Below are positions 8,349-17,341 of a DNA stretch of 64,000 bases, one piece after another. The position numbers and the translations under genes are program-made. This stretch comes from Alphaproteobacteria bacterium. Lineage in GTDB: Bacteria; Pseudomonadota; Alphaproteobacteria; UBA7887. The notes below the pieces were generated by a model that was given only the letters and a program-made list of their open reading frames with translations, was not told the origin of the DNA and searched no databases. Position 1 is the stretch's first letter. Each line of letters starts with the position of its first letter. The stretch spans positions 405,989-469,988 of the forward strand of contig OZ243958.1 in NCBI GenBank assembly GCA_965214495.1. The letters run 5' to 3'.

Positions 8349-9554
8349 TCAGGCCCGCTCGATCAGCGCGGCGATGCCCTGGCCGACTCCGATGCACATG
8401 GCGCACAGCGCGTAGCGTCCGCCGCGCCGTGCGAGTTCGACCGTTGCGGTGGTCGCCAGCCGCGCGCCGCTCATGCCGAGGGGGTGGCCGAGCGCGATCG
8501 CGCCGCCGTTCGGGTTGACGTGTTCGGCGTCGTCGGCGAGGCCGAGTTCGCGCAACACCGCCAGCGCCTGCGCGGCAAAGGCTTCGTTGAGTTCGATCAC
8601 GTCGATATCGCGCAGGGCGACGCCGGTGCGTTGCAGCAGCTTGCGCGTCGCCGGCGCCGGGCCGACCCCCATGAGCCGCGGCGCGACCCCGGCGGTGGCC
8701 ATCGCGACGACCCGCGCCGCCGGTTCGAGGCCGTGGCGCCGTGCGGCGTCTTCCGAAGCCACGATCAGCGCGCAGGCGCCGTCGTTCACGCCCGATGCGT
8801 TGCCGGCGGTCACGCTGCCGCCGTCGCGAAACGGCGTCGGCAGGCGGGCGAGGCCCTCGGGCGTCGTGTCGGGCCGGGGGTGCTCGTCGGTCTCGACGAC
8901 CGTCGGAGCGCCCTTGCGCCGGGGAACCGTGACGGGAACGATCTCGTCGGCGAACCGGTCCTCGCGCATGGCGGCTTCGGCGCGTCGCTGGCTCCGCAGC
9001 GCGAAGGCGTCCTGGTCGGCGCGTGAGATCTGGAACGCTTCCGCGACGTTCTCCGCCGTTTCGGGCATCGAATCGATGCCGTGGCGCGCCTTCATCTTCG
9101 GGTTGACGAACCGCCAGCCGATGGTGGTGTCGAAGGTTTCGACCTTGCGCGAGAAGGCGCCCTCGGCCTTGCCGGTGACGAACGGCGCGCGCGACATGCT
9201 CTCCACCCCGCCGGCGATCATGAGGTCGGCCTCGCCGGTCCTGACCGCCCGCGCCGCCGAGCCGAGCGCGTCGAGACCGGACCCGCACAGCCGGTTGACG
9301 GTGCTGCCGGACACCGTCTCCGGCAGCCCGGCCAGCAACAGCGCCATGCGCGCGACGTTGCGGTTGTCTTCGCCGGCCTGGTTGGCGCAACCGAGGACCA
9401 CGTCGTCCACCGCGTCCCAGTCGGTATCGGGGTGGCGCGCCATCAGCGCCTCGACGGGTTTCGCGGCGAGGTCGTCGGTGCGCACCGCCGCCAGCGCGCC
9501 GCCATAGCGTCCGATGGGCGTGCGCACCGCGTCGCAGATCCAGGCTTCGGTCAT
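8349..9554 (-). CDS. Acetyl-CoA C-acyltransferase / 3-oxoadipyl-CoA thiolase (thiolase family, PcaF/PaaJ-like).
   Basis: 401 aa with [11 protein letters not shown] (active-site Cys), [20 protein letters not shown] and [12 protein letters not shown] (C-terminal thiolase signatures). Confidence 0.9.
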   Translation of the reverse strand: MTEAWICDAVRTPIGRYGGALAAVRTDDLAAKPVEALMARHPDTDWDAVDDVVLGCANQAGEDNRNVARMALLLAGLPETVSGSTVNRLCGSGLDALGSAARAVRTGEADLMIAGGVESMSRAPFVTGKAEGAFSRKVETFDTTIGWRFVNPKMKARHGIDSMPETAENVAEAFQISRADQDAFALRSQRRAEAAMREDRFADEIVPVTVPRRKGAPTVVETDEHPRPDTTPEGLARLPTPFRDGGSVTAGNASGVNDGACALIVASEDAARRHGLEPAARVVAMATAGVAPRLMGVGPAPATRKLLQRTGVALRDIDVIELNEAFAAQALAVLRELGLADDAEHVNPNGGAIALGHPLGMSGARLATTATVELARRGGRYALCAMCIGVGQGIAALIERA

Positions 9555-9588
9555 GGCGTCGTCCCTCCGGTTTCGCCGCGCGCCGCGG

Positions 9589-9693
9589 TCAGACGAGTTC
9601 GAGCCAGTCGAACAGCAGTATCAGGCCGCGCATCGCCGCATAGGCGGCGGAGCCGAAAACCGCCGCGGCGAGAATGGCGCGCACGTGCCCCAT
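9589..9693 (-). CDS. Hypothetical 34-aa hydrophobic peptide ([34 protein letters not shown]).
   Basis: It sits in the 170-bp gap between the thiolase and deacetylase genes. I see no convincing SD, so the evidence is weak. Confidence 0.15.
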   Translation of the reverse strand: MGHVRAILAAAVFGSAAYAAMRGLILLFDWLELV

Positions 9694-9725
9694 GCGGGCA
9701 GCATAACAAAGACGGGTCGGCGTCC

Positions 9726-10652
9726 CTACGCCGCCAGCGCGGCGACGTGCGCCGCGGCGGAGGCCGCGAGCGCGGGAAGGTCGTAACCGCCTTCGAGGAC
9801 CGAGACGACGCGCCCGGCGCAGCTATCGTCGGCGACCTCGCAGGCGCGTTCGGCGATCCAGCCATAGTCGTCCTCGACCAGTTCGAGATTGGCGAGCGGG
9901 TCGCGGCGGTGGCCGTCGAAACCCGCCGACATCAGGATCAACGCCGGATGAAAGGCGGCGAGCCGCGCGAAGAAGCGCTCCCACACGGCGCGGAACGCGA
10001 CTCCGCCGGCGCCGGGCGGCAGCGGCATGTTGACGATATTGCCGATTCCGGTCTCCGACGCGGCGCCGGTGCCGGGATAGAGCGGCGACTGGTGGCTGGA
10101 CGCGAACAGAACCTGCGGCCGGCGCGCGAACGCCGCCTGTGTGCCGTTGCCGTGATGCACGTCGAAATCGAGGATCGCGACGCGCTCGAGGTCATGGGCG
10201 GCGAGTGCGTGGGCCGCGCCGACCGCGATATTGTTGAACAGGCAGAAGCCCATCGCCCGATCGGGTTCGGCGTGATGCCCCGGCGGGCGCACGGCGCAGA
10301 AGGCGCGCCGGGTTTCGCCGCCGAGCACCGCATCGACCGCCGCACACACCGCGCCGGCGGCGCGCAGGGCGGCCGCGCGCGAACCCGGAGAAACCACTGT
10401 GTCGCCGTCGATCCGGGCATGTCCTTCGCGCGGGATCGCCGCGAGCACCCCGTCGATCATCGCAGACGTATGGACCCGTTCGAGTTGGGCGCGCGCCGCC
10501 TCGGGCGCCGGGCGGCGGGGAAGGCTCCCGAAGCGCGGCGCGGCGAGCGCGTCGGCGATCGCCCGCAGGCGCTCCGCGCTCTCCGGGTGGCCGGCGCCCG
10601 TGTCGTGGCCGAGAAAGGCCGGATCGGTGAAAATCGTCAGCGGTTCTTGCAT
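9726..10652 (-). CDS. Histone deacetylase-family protein (class II HDAC / acetoin utilisation AcuC / acetylpolyamine aminohydrolase-like).
   Basis: 308 aa from MQEPLTIFTDPAFLGHDTGAGHPE with PPGHHAEPDRAMGFCLFNN, ILDFDVHHGNGTQ (zinc ligands D-H-D) and VLEGGY. The longer 837-aa ORF is an artefact. Confidence 0.85.
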   Translation of the reverse strand: MQEPLTIFTDPAFLGHDTGAGHPESAERLRAIADALAAPRFGSLPRRPAPEAARAQLERVHTSAMIDGVLAAIPREGHARIDGDTVVSPGSRAAALRAAGAVCAAVDAVLGGETRRAFCAVRPPGHHAEPDRAMGFCLFNNIAVGAAHALAAHDLERVAILDFDVHHGNGTQAAFARRPQVLFASSHQSPLYPGTGAASETGIGNIVNMPLPPGAGGVAFRAVWERFFARLAAFHPALILMSAGFDGHRRDPLANLELVEDDYGWIAERACEVADDSCAGRVVSVLEGGYDLPALAASAAAHVAALAA

Positions 10653-10709
10653 TCGCGGGGTCCTCCCCTGAGACTCCGTCGCCGCACCGCCGCATGGAGA
10701 GACGCCGAT

Positions 10710-11657
10710 ATGGATGCCGTTACCCTGCAGACGGTCCTCGATCTTCCGGGCCTCAACGTCATCCTGCTGCTGCTGTTCGCCGCCATCGTGCTCTGGCGCG
10801 GCGTCACCATCGTTCCGCAGTCGGAAGTGTATGTGGTCGAGCGTTTCGGAAAATACCAGAGAACGCTGCCGGCCGGGCTGAACCTGATCGTGCCGTTTCT
10901 CGACCGGGTTTCGCACCGCATATCGGTGCTCGAACGCCAGTTGCCCGAATTCGCGATCAGCGTCATCACGCGCGACAATGTCGAGGTCAATCTCGAGGCG
11001 ACGGTCTTCTACCGGATCGTCGATGCGGCGCGGTCGATCTACCGCATCCGCGACGCCGACAGCGCGCTTCATACCGAAGCGACGTCGATCGTGCGTTCGG
11101 CGGCAGGCCGGCTCGAGCTCGACGAGTTGCAGTCGTCGCGCGAAGAGATGAACGAGGAGATCGGCCGCAACCTCCAGTCGAAAGCCGACGAATGGGGGCT
11201 GGACATCACCTCGACCGCGATCACCGACGTCGTGGTGGACGAGTTGACCAAGACGGCGCAGCGCCAGCAGTTGAACGCCGAGCGCGAGCGCCGCGCCGCC
11301 ATCGCCCGCGCCGGCGGCGAGAAACGCGCGGTGGAACTGGCGGCCGAGGCGAAACTCTACGAGGCGCAGAAAGAGGCCGAAGCGCTGCGGGCGACCGCCG
11401 ATGCGGAAGCCTATGCGGTTCGGGTCAAGGCCGAGGCGGACGCCGAACAGACCCGGCTGGTCGCCCGCGCGATCGCCGAAGACGGCCAGCCGGCGGTCGA
11501 TTTCGAGGTTCTGAAGCGCCAGGTCGAGGCGCTCGGCCAACTCGCGGCGTCGCCCAACGCGAAGACCGTCGTCGTACCCACCGAGGTGACCGGGGTCATC
11601 GGGTCGCTGCAAACCATCGCCGAGAACATGGGACGGTCGCGAGATGGAGTTCGCTGA
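10710..11657 (+). CDS. SPFH/band 7 family protein (stomatin/paraslipin-like; N-terminal TM helix, PHB domain, coiled coil).
   Basis: 315 aa: MDAVTLQTVLDLPGLNVILLLLFAAIVLWRGVTIVPQSEVYVVERFGKY... with a C-terminal Ala/Glu-rich coiled coil. The preceding part of ORF 9081..11657 is antisense of the deacetylase. Confidence 0.9.
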   Translation: MDAVTLQTVLDLPGLNVILLLLFAAIVLWRGVTIVPQSEVYVVERFGKYQRTLPAGLNLIVPFLDRVSHRISVLERQLPEFAISVITRDNVEVNLEATVFYRIVDAARSIYRIRDADSALHTEATSIVRSAAGRLELDELQSSREEMNEEIGRNLQSKADEWGLDITSTAITDVVVDELTKTAQRQQLNAERERRAAIARAGGEKRAVELAAEAKLYEAQKEAEALRATADAEAYAVRVKAEADAEQTRLVARAIAEDGQPAVDFEVLKRQVEALGQLAASPNAKTVVVPTEVTGVIGSLQTIAENMGRSRDGVR

Positions 11658-11952
11658 CACCCTCGAGCACTGGCTCTTCATGCCGCATCTGTGGGTGATG
11701 CTGGCCATCGTCCTGGTGGGCGCCGACATGGTGTTCGGCTTCCAGTATTTCGTGCTGTCGGTCGGTGTCGCCGCACTGGCGGTGGCCGGCCTGCTGTTCG
11801 CCCGGCAGGGTTCGTGGTTCGGCGATGCGGCGCCCATCGAAACCTGGCGCGGCGTCGGATTTTGGTTTGCCGTGCTGTCCGTCGTCTCGGTCTTCGCCAT
11901 CCGGTTCCTTTTCCAGCGCCGGCGCGGACCGCCGGACATCAACGAATATTGA
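11644..11952 (+). CDS. NfeD-like membrane protein (partner of SPFH proteins).
   Basis: 102 aa with two TM segments and a short C-terminal domain. The start overlaps the SPFH gene stop by 14 nt, which is the canonical SPFH-NfeD operon arrangement. Confidence 0.7.
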   Translation: MEFADTLEHWLFMPHLWVMLAIVLVGADMVFGFQYFVLSVGVAALAVAGLLFARQGSWFGDAAPIETWRGVGFWFAVLSVVSVFAIRFLFQRRRGPPDINEY

Positions 11953-12010
11953 GCGCCCGCACCCCGCGCGCGTATCGTCGGCGGCAGGGCGGGCCGTCCG
12001 GGAACCCGCA

Positions 12011-12967
12011 ATGTCCGGCATTCTGATCCGCGCGCGCGGCCTCGCATCCGCATTCGAGCGCCTTCCCGATACGGTGCGCGGCGCGCTGTGGATGCTGTTC
12101 GCCTGCGCCTGTTTTTCCGGCATGAACGGCGTCGTCCGCCATCTCGCGCAGGATCTGCCGATCTTCGTCGTGGTGTTCTTCCGGTCGTTGTTCGGGTTGC
12201 TGGCGATGCTGCCGTTCCTGTTGCGGCCGGGTCTTGCATCGCTCCGCATGACTCGCCCGCGCCTGCATGTCCTGCGCGCGGTCATCGGCCTGGTTGCGAT
12301 GGGGTGCTGGTTCTACGCCCTCGCCCATATGCCGCTGGCCGAAGCGACGGCGCTCAGCTTCACCATGCCGCTGTTCGCGTCGATCGCCGCGGTGCTGGTG
12401 CTGGGCGAGGTCATGCGGGTGCGGCGCTGGACCGCCATCGCCGTCGGCTTCGCCGGCGCGATGATCATCCTCCGGCCGGGTTTCGCCGCCGTTACCGACG
12501 CGACCTTGCTGGTCCTGTTCTCGGCGCTGCTGATGGCGGTGAGCCAGACCGTGGTCAAGATCCTGTCGCGCGACGAGCACGCCAACGCGATCGTTTTCTG
12601 GTTGGCGTTCCTGATGACTCCGGCGTCGCTGGTTCCGGCGTTGTTCGTCTGGGAGACGCCCGGCGCGGCGCATTTCGCGTGGCTTGCGGCGCTGGGGGTG
12701 GTGGCGACCGTCGGCCATCAGTGCATGGTCCGCGCGCTGGCCTCGACCGATGCGACGGCGATCTATCCGTTCGATTTCACGCGCCTGATCTTTGCCGCCC
12801 TGATCGGCCTGGCCGCCTTCGGCGAGGTTCCCGACCCGTGGACCCTTGTGGGCGCTGCGGTGATCATGGCGAGCTCCATCTACGTCGTCCGCCGCGAGGC
12901 GCAGTTGCGGCGGCGACGCCTGGCGGCGCAGGCGTCCGGTCTCGACGGAGGTTCCGCCGGTCGCTGA
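12011..12967 (+). CDS. EamA/DMT-superfamily transporter (10 TM helices).
   Basis: 318 aa from MSGILIRARGLASAF with two EamA half-domains, matching the hydrophobicity pattern throughout. The first 82 codons of ORF 11765..12967 overlap the NfeD gene and are not coding. Confidence 0.85.
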   Translation: MSGILIRARGLASAFERLPDTVRGALWMLFACACFSGMNGVVRHLAQDLPIFVVVFFRSLFGLLAMLPFLLRPGLASLRMTRPRLHVLRAVIGLVAMGCWFYALAHMPLAEATALSFTMPLFASIAAVLVLGEVMRVRRWTAIAVGFAGAMIILRPGFAAVTDATLLVLFSALLMAVSQTVVKILSRDEHANAIVFWLAFLMTPASLVPALFVWETPGAAHFAWLAALGVVATVGHQCMVRALASTDATAIYPFDFTRLIFAALIGLAAFGEVPDPWTLVGAAVIMASSIYVVRREAQLRRRRLAAQASGLDGGSAGR

Positions 12968-12984
12968 AACGCCGCGTTCGACCA

Positions 12985-13300
12985 TGAATGCGCCGCTGTC
13001 ATCGCCGGCACGGCCCGCAACGACCCCCGGGTGTGCGGGCGTCCCGCCCGCATCCCGACCGCCGTCATCGCCCGCACGGTCCGCAACAATTCCCGCCTGT
13101 TCGGAGGTTCGGGCGCCCACAAGGGGCGGCCCTACAGGCGGGTCCGTGCGGCCCGCCGCCGCGGCCTGTTCGGATGTTCGGGCGCCCACAAGGGGCGCCC
13201 CTACAGGCGGCTCTCCCTTGTCGCCCCGCCTGTTCGGGGGTTGGGGCGACCCCACAGGCGGGTCCGTCCGGGCCGCCGCCGCGGCGCGTCATTCGCGGCG
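12985..13300. repeat. Cluster of REP-like palindromic units of the same family as in 5319-5822 (gttcgggcgcccacaaggggcggccctacaggcgg x3), plus the associated gtcatcgccggcacg / gcgggcgtcccgcccgcatcc sub-repeats.
   Basis: Read directly. No 22-bp TIR ends are visible here, so this is a degenerate or partial copy lying between the transporter and the DUF465 gene. Confidence 0.5.
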
Positions 13301-13355
13301 CCTCGGCGTGCTATAATGCGCGCCGATTCTCGTCGGAAAGGGGCTTCGGACGCCG

Positions 13356-13553
13356 ATGAACCAGGAGACCATGGTCGAGCAGCTCGAAAGGCTGCGCGTG
13401 GAGCATTCCGTCCTCGACGGGCGGATCCATGAAATGACCAGCAAGGGCGTTTACGACGACATCCAGATGCTGCGGCTGAAGAAGCGGAAACTGGCGATCA
13501 AGGACCAGATGGGTCGCCTCGAGAGCAATCTGGCGACCGACCTCATTGCCTGA
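13356..13553 (+). CDS. DUF465 (YdcH-like) family small protein.
   Basis: 65 aa MNQETMVEQLERLRVEHSVLDGRIHEMTSKGVYDDIQMLRLKKRKLAIKDQMGRLE is the typical YdcH coiled-coil signature (LKKxKLxLKD). Confidence 0.7.
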   Translation: MNQETMVEQLERLRVEHSVLDGRIHEMTSKGVYDDIQMLRLKKRKLAIKDQMGRLESNLATDLIA

Positions 13554-13577
13554 GCGGTTGCGTTCCCGCCGGCGCCC

Positions 13578-14072
13578 ATGAGCGGCGCGGCGCGAATCGG
13601 CATCGTCATGGGCTCCCGGTCGGACTGGGAGACGATGAAGCACGCCGCCGATACCCTGGCCGAACTCGGCGTGGCGGCGGAGACCCGCATCGTGTCGGCC
13701 CACCGCACGCCCGACCGCCTGTTTCGCTACGCCGAAGAGGCGCGCGGGCGCGGTGTGAAGGTGATCGTGGCCGGCGCCGGCGGCGCGGCCCATCTGCCCG
13801 GCATGTTGGCGGCGAAGACGACTCTGCCCGTGCTCGGGGTGCCGGTGCGTTCGTCGAGTTTGAGCGGCCTCGACAGCCTGCTGTCGATCGTCCAGATGCC
13901 CGCCGGGGTGCCGGTGGGCACTCTCGCCATCGGTCGTGCGGGGGCCGTGAACGCCGCTTTGCTGGCGGCGTCCATCGTCGCCCTCGGCGACGCCGGGGTT
14001 GCCGAAGCACTCGAGTCGTGGCGCGCGGCCCAGACTGCCTCGGTGGCCGAACGCCCGGCCGATACGGCCTGA
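13578..14072 (+). CDS. purE: N5-carboxyaminoimidazole ribonucleotide mutase PurE.
   Basis: 164 aa with [26 protein letters not shown] and [29 protein letters not shown], all PurE signatures. Confidence 0.9.
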   Translation: MSGAARIGIVMGSRSDWETMKHAADTLAELGVAAETRIVSAHRTPDRLFRYAEEARGRGVKVIVAGAGGAAHLPGMLAAKTTLPVLGVPVRSSSLSGLDSLLSIVQMPAGVPVGTLAIGRAGAVNAALLAASIVALGDAGVAEALESWRAAQTASVAERPADTA

Positions 14073-14085
14073 CCCGCCGGGGCGC

Positions 14086-15231
14086 ATGGACTCCGGCGCC
14101 GTCATTCCCCCCGGCGCGACCGTCGGCATTCTGGGCGGCGGCCAGCTCGGGCGCATGATCGCGCTCGCGGCGGCCCGGCTCGGCTATCGCGCGCACGTCT
14201 TCTGCCCGGAGCGCGCCGCGCCGGCGTTGCAGGTGGCGGCGGCCGCGACCGTCGCGGACTATGGCGACGGCGCCGCGCTCGACCGTTTCGCGGACGCGGT
14301 CGACGTCGCGACGCTCGAATTCGAGAACATACCGCTGGCGGCGGTCGAACGGGTGGCGGCGCGCGCGCCGATGCGGCCCGGCGCGCGCGCGCTCGCCGCG
14401 GCCCAGGACCGCCTCGCGGAGAAGGACCTGATGGCCCGGCTCGGCGTGGCGACCGCCGCCTTTGCGCCCGTCGATGGCCCCGAGAGCCTTGCGGACGCCC
14501 GCACGCGCCTCGGCGGCGATTGCATACTCAAAACGGTGCGGATGGGTTACGACGGCAAGGGGCAGACACGGGTCGGCGCCTACACCGATCCCGACTCCGC
14601 CTGGCGCGCGGTCGGCGGCGCCCCGGCGATCCTCGAGGCCAGGGTGGATTTCGTCTGCGAGGTCTCGGTCGTCCTCGCGCGCGGTCTCGATCGCCGGATC
14701 GTCGCTTACGATCCGGTGGAGAATCGCCATGTCGATGGCATTCTCCACACCACCGTCGCGCCCGCGCGGATCGACCCGGCGGTCGCGGCGGCGGCGCACG
14801 ACGCCGCGGCTCGCATCGCCGAGGCGCTGGACGTGGTCGGCCTGCTCGCCGTCGAGATGTTCGTCACCCGCGACGGCCGGGTTCTGGTGAACGAGATCGC
14901 GCCGCGGCCGCACAATTCGGGCCACTGGACGATCGACGCCTGCGTCACCTCCCAGTTCGAGCAGGCGGTGCGGGCGGTCTGCGGCCTGCCCCTCGGCGCC
15001 GCGCACCGCCTCGCCGACGCCGTGATGCACAACCTGTTGGGCCGCAGCGTCGAAGAATGGCGGCGCTGGCTCGCCGACCCGGACGCCAAACTGCACATCT
15101 ACGGCAAGGCCGAACCGCGTCCGGGCCGCAAGATGGGCCACGTGACGCAGCTCCTCCCGGACCGTTCCGGACCGTTCATGACCCCGCTGCCCGGGCATGG
15201 CGGTCGCCGGCGGCGCGAAGGACCCGTTTGA
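14086..15231 (+). CDS. purK: N5-carboxyaminoimidazole ribonucleotide synthase PurK (ATP-grasp).
   Basis: Starts at MDSGAVIPPGATVGILGGGQLGRM (M30 of ORF 13999..15231), 14 nt after the purE stop. It has an ATP-grasp core and ends NEIAPRPHNSGHWTIDAC. Confidence 0.9.
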   Translation: MDSGAVIPPGATVGILGGGQLGRMIALAAARLGYRAHVFCPERAAPALQVAAAATVADYGDGAALDRFADAVDVATLEFENIPLAAVERVAARAPMRPGARALAAAQDRLAEKDLMARLGVATAAFAPVDGPESLADARTRLGGDCILKTVRMGYDGKGQTRVGAYTDPDSAWRAVGGAPAILEARVDFVCEVSVVLARGLDRRIVAYDPVENRHVDGILHTTVAPARIDPAVAAAAHDAAARIAEALDVVGLLAVEMFVTRDGRVLVNEIAPRPHNSGHWTIDACVTSQFEQAVRAVCGLPLGAAHRLADAVMHNLLGRSVEEWRRWLADPDAKLHIYGKAEPRPGRKMGHVTQLLPDRSGPFMTPLPGHGGRRRREGPV

Positions 15232-15829
15232 GCGGCGCGTCGAAGGCGGCGCATGTCCGTTCCAGGCGCCCGCGCGCCTTCCCGATGCGCATGACCCCGG
15301 CGATTCGCCGGTCGAGAAACGCCCGCGTCGCGGCGAAGTCCGTGCTGTCGTCGTCCAGCCAGCACAGCAGGGTCGCGCCATAGACCCCGGCCAGCAGCCC
15401 GCGCTTCGTGTAGTAGTCGAAGCCGGTGGTGCGGTCGCCGGCGAGGCGCCACATCCGGTCCACCGTGTGCGCGAGGCTTCGCATCGCCTCGGGCGCGCCT
15501 GCGGGAGTCGCGCCGCGCGCCGCCAGCCGCCGCACCGGGCCCCGATACGGCGCCATGACCGCGAGACGGGCCTGGACGAGCGCTGCGATACGGTCGCGGA
15601 CCGCCATGCCGGCAAGACCGTCGCGGTCGATCGCCGCCTCGGCGCGCGCATCGAACATGTCGTTCAGCGCCTCGAGCGCGTCGCGAAGCCCGCGCGGAAA
15701 CCGGCGCCGCGCCGCGGCTCTCTCGAGGCCGAGGTCTTCGGCCGCGCGCTCGATGCACGACCACGTCCAGCCTTCGGCGCCGGCGCGGGCCAGCGCCGCT
15801 TCCAGGATCGCCTCGCGCTCAGACGGCAT
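15176..15829 (-). CDS. COQ9-family protein (TIGR02396 'rpsU-divergently transcribed protein'-like; TetR-like fold, ubiquinone biosynthesis accessory).
   Basis: 217 aa MPSEREAILEAALARAGAEGWTWSCIERAAEDLGLERAAARRRFPRGLRDALEAL resembles alphaproteobacterial COQ9 homologues. Its 3' end overlaps purK convergently by 56 nt, and its 5' end overlaps def by 11 nt. Confidence 0.65.
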   Translation of the reverse strand: MPSEREAILEAALARAGAEGWTWSCIERAAEDLGLERAAARRRFPRGLRDALEALNDMFDARAEAAIDRDGLAGMAVRDRIAALVQARLAVMAPYRGPVRRLAARGATPAGAPEAMRSLAHTVDRMWRLAGDRTTGFDYYTKRGLLAGVYGATLLCWLDDDSTDFAATRAFLDRRIAGVMRIGKARGRLERTCAAFDAPLKRVLRAAGDRHARAAGS

Positions 15830-16376
15830 CGCCCGGGTCCGGCGCCTCGCGCCAGCGCGGGTTGCGGCCCATTTCGGAAACGAAGTGCAGACTGGTCATG
15901 TCGGTCATCCGCATCGGATAGAGGATGCCGTCGAGATGGTCGCACTCGTGCTGCGCGACACGCGCGTGAAAGCCGTCCACCTCGCGTTCGATCGCCTCGC
16001 CGGCGGGGCCGAGCGCGCGATAGCGGATGCGGCGCGGCCGCGGCACCGCGCCGCGCAGGCCGGGCACCGACAGGCAGCCTTCCCAGTCGGTCGCGATTTC
16101 GCTGCCGACCGGCTCGATCTGCGGATTGACCAGTATGGTGAGCGGCGCCGCCGATCCCGCGCCGTCTTCGGCCCCTTCCGGCGGCACTTCGAAGACCACG
16201 ACGCGCAGCGGCACGTGTATTTGCGGCGCTGCAAGGCCGGCGCCGCCGATGTCGGCGAGGGTCTCGCGCATGTCGGCGATCAGGCGGCGGATGTCGGGGT
16301 GGGTCGGGTCTCCGACCGGCGCCGCACGCCGTTCCAGAACCGGATGCCCCATGCGGGCGATCTTGAGTATGGCCAT
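15819..16376 (-). CDS. def: Peptide deformylase.
   Basis: Starts at MAILKIARMGHPVLERRAAPV. Motifs are GLAAPQI (motif 1), EGCLSVPG (motif 2) and HECDHLDG (motif 3). The ORF extends to 16448, but PDF homology begins at M25. Confidence 0.9.
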   Translation of the reverse strand: MAILKIARMGHPVLERRAAPVGDPTHPDIRRLIADMRETLADIGGAGLAAPQIHVPLRVVVFEVPPEGAEDGAGSAAPLTILVNPQIEPVGSEIATDWEGCLSVPGLRGAVPRPRRIRYRALGPAGEAIEREVDGFHARVAQHECDHLDGILYPMRMTDMTSLHFVSEMGRNPRWREAPDPGDAV

Positions 16377-16476
16377 GCCCGGCACTATGGGCCGGCGGCG
16401 CGGGCCGGTCAAAGCCGGTGGAGAGGAGACACGACCGTCCGTTGACACGAACTTCGTATTTCACCAGCTTCGTATC

Positions 16477-16719
16477 ATGAAGAAGGTCACCGTCGCATTG
16501 CCCGACGATGTCGCGGCGTGGCTGAGGTCCCGGGCCGCGGAGAACGGGCGCAGCGTATCCGCATGGCTCGCCGGGGTGCTGGAAGGGATGCGGCGTGGCG
16601 AGGACCGGTACGACCTCGCCATGAAGCGCTATCTGGCCGGAACGCCGCGCCGGGCGGGTTGGGCCGACGGTCGCAAGCCTGCGCGCGACGAACTGCATGA
16701 CCGTTCCGGTCTTCGTTGA
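16477..16719 (+). CDS. Ribbon-helix-helix / VapB-like type II antitoxin.
   Basis: 80 aa MKKVTVALPDDVAAWLRSRAAENGRSVSAWLAGVLEGMRR is a CopG/RHH antitoxin pattern. Its 3' end overlaps the start of the PIN gene remnant by 23 nt. Confidence 0.65.
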   Translation: MKKVTVALPDDVAAWLRSRAAENGRSVSAWLAGVLEGMRRGEDRYDLAMKRYLAGTPRRAGWADGRKPARDELHDRSGLR

Positions 16720-16972
16720 CACCAACGTTCTCGTTTACCGGCAAGACGGTTCCGACCCGGCCAAACAGTCCCGCGCCCATGACTGGATCGCGCATCTTGC
16801 ACGGCGTCGCGCCCGAAGGCGCCTGAAGCGCGCGGTGCTTCGAAGATGCGGGCGGGACGGACTCGGTCCGCGGGGCCCGCGCACCGGCTGTCATTGCCGA
16901 CATGCACCGCACCCCGAACGAATCGCGATAATTTTCGAACCGGGACACGACCGAAGAGGAGAACGACGATGA
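16697..16972 (+). pseudogene. Truncated PIN-domain (VapC) toxin gene. Only about the first 35 codons, including the FVDTNVLVY first acidic-residue motif, are PIN-like. The rest of the 91-codon ORF reads through a copy of the repeat-element end (cgcgataattttcgaaccgggacac).
   Basis: MTVPVFVDTNVLVYRQDGSDPAKQSRAHDWIAH is followed by Arg-rich non-PIN sequence. Intact VapC proteins are about 130-140 aa and carry three more conserved acidic residues, which are absent here. Confidence 0.5.
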
Positions 16973-17322
16973 TCGCGGTGATTTTCGAGTTCACGGTGGC
17001 GCCGGGCGAGGAGGAGAGTTACTTCAGCCGCGCGGAACGGCTCGCCGGATCGGTGCGCGAGGCCGACGGCTTCATCTCGGTCGAGCGCTTCGAAAGCCGC
17101 ACCGAACCCGGCAAGTTCGTGTCGCTGTCGTTCTGGCGCGACGAACGCGCCGTTGCCGCATGGCGCGCAGATCCGGTCCACCGCGAGGCGCAGGAGGACG
17201 GCAAGAGCGGGATATTCTCGCGCTTTCGCCTGCGCGTCGCCCGGGTTTCGCGTGAGATCGGGTTCTCCGCCGCCGACGGGCGGCAGGCGCGCGACCTCCC
17301 GGCGCCGGGCGCGGGCCGTTGA
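16969..17322 (+). CDS. Antibiotic biosynthesis monooxygenase (ABM) domain protein.
   Basis: Starts at MIAVIFEFTVAPGEEESYFSRAERLAGSVREADGFISVERFES... with an SD (gaagaggag) 8 nt upstream. It is not closely related to the ABM at 5890. Confidence 0.7.
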   Translation: MIAVIFEFTVAPGEEESYFSRAERLAGSVREADGFISVERFESRTEPGKFVSLSFWRDERAVAAWRADPVHREAQEDGKSGIFSRFRLRVARVSREIGFSAADGRQARDLPAPGAGR

Positions 17323-17341
17323 CGCGGCCTCGGCGTTCCGG

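Noticed and set aside
9726-12239. 837-aa minus-strand ORF, plus the 858-aa + ORF 9081..11657
   Set aside because: These are chimeric artefacts. Only the HDAC-like C-terminal 308 codons (minus) and the SPFH C-terminal 315 codons (plus) show protein-like composition and motifs.
11939-15651. Long minus-strand ORFs 11939..13255, 13311..14156 and 13606..15651
   Set aside because: These are antisense of the EamA transporter, purE and purK, with R/G/P-rich composition.
16846-17322. Longer 158-aa form of the second ABM gene
   Set aside because: The first 41 codons read through the repeat-element fragment and are Arg-rich. The ABM fold and a good SD begin at the ATG at 16969.
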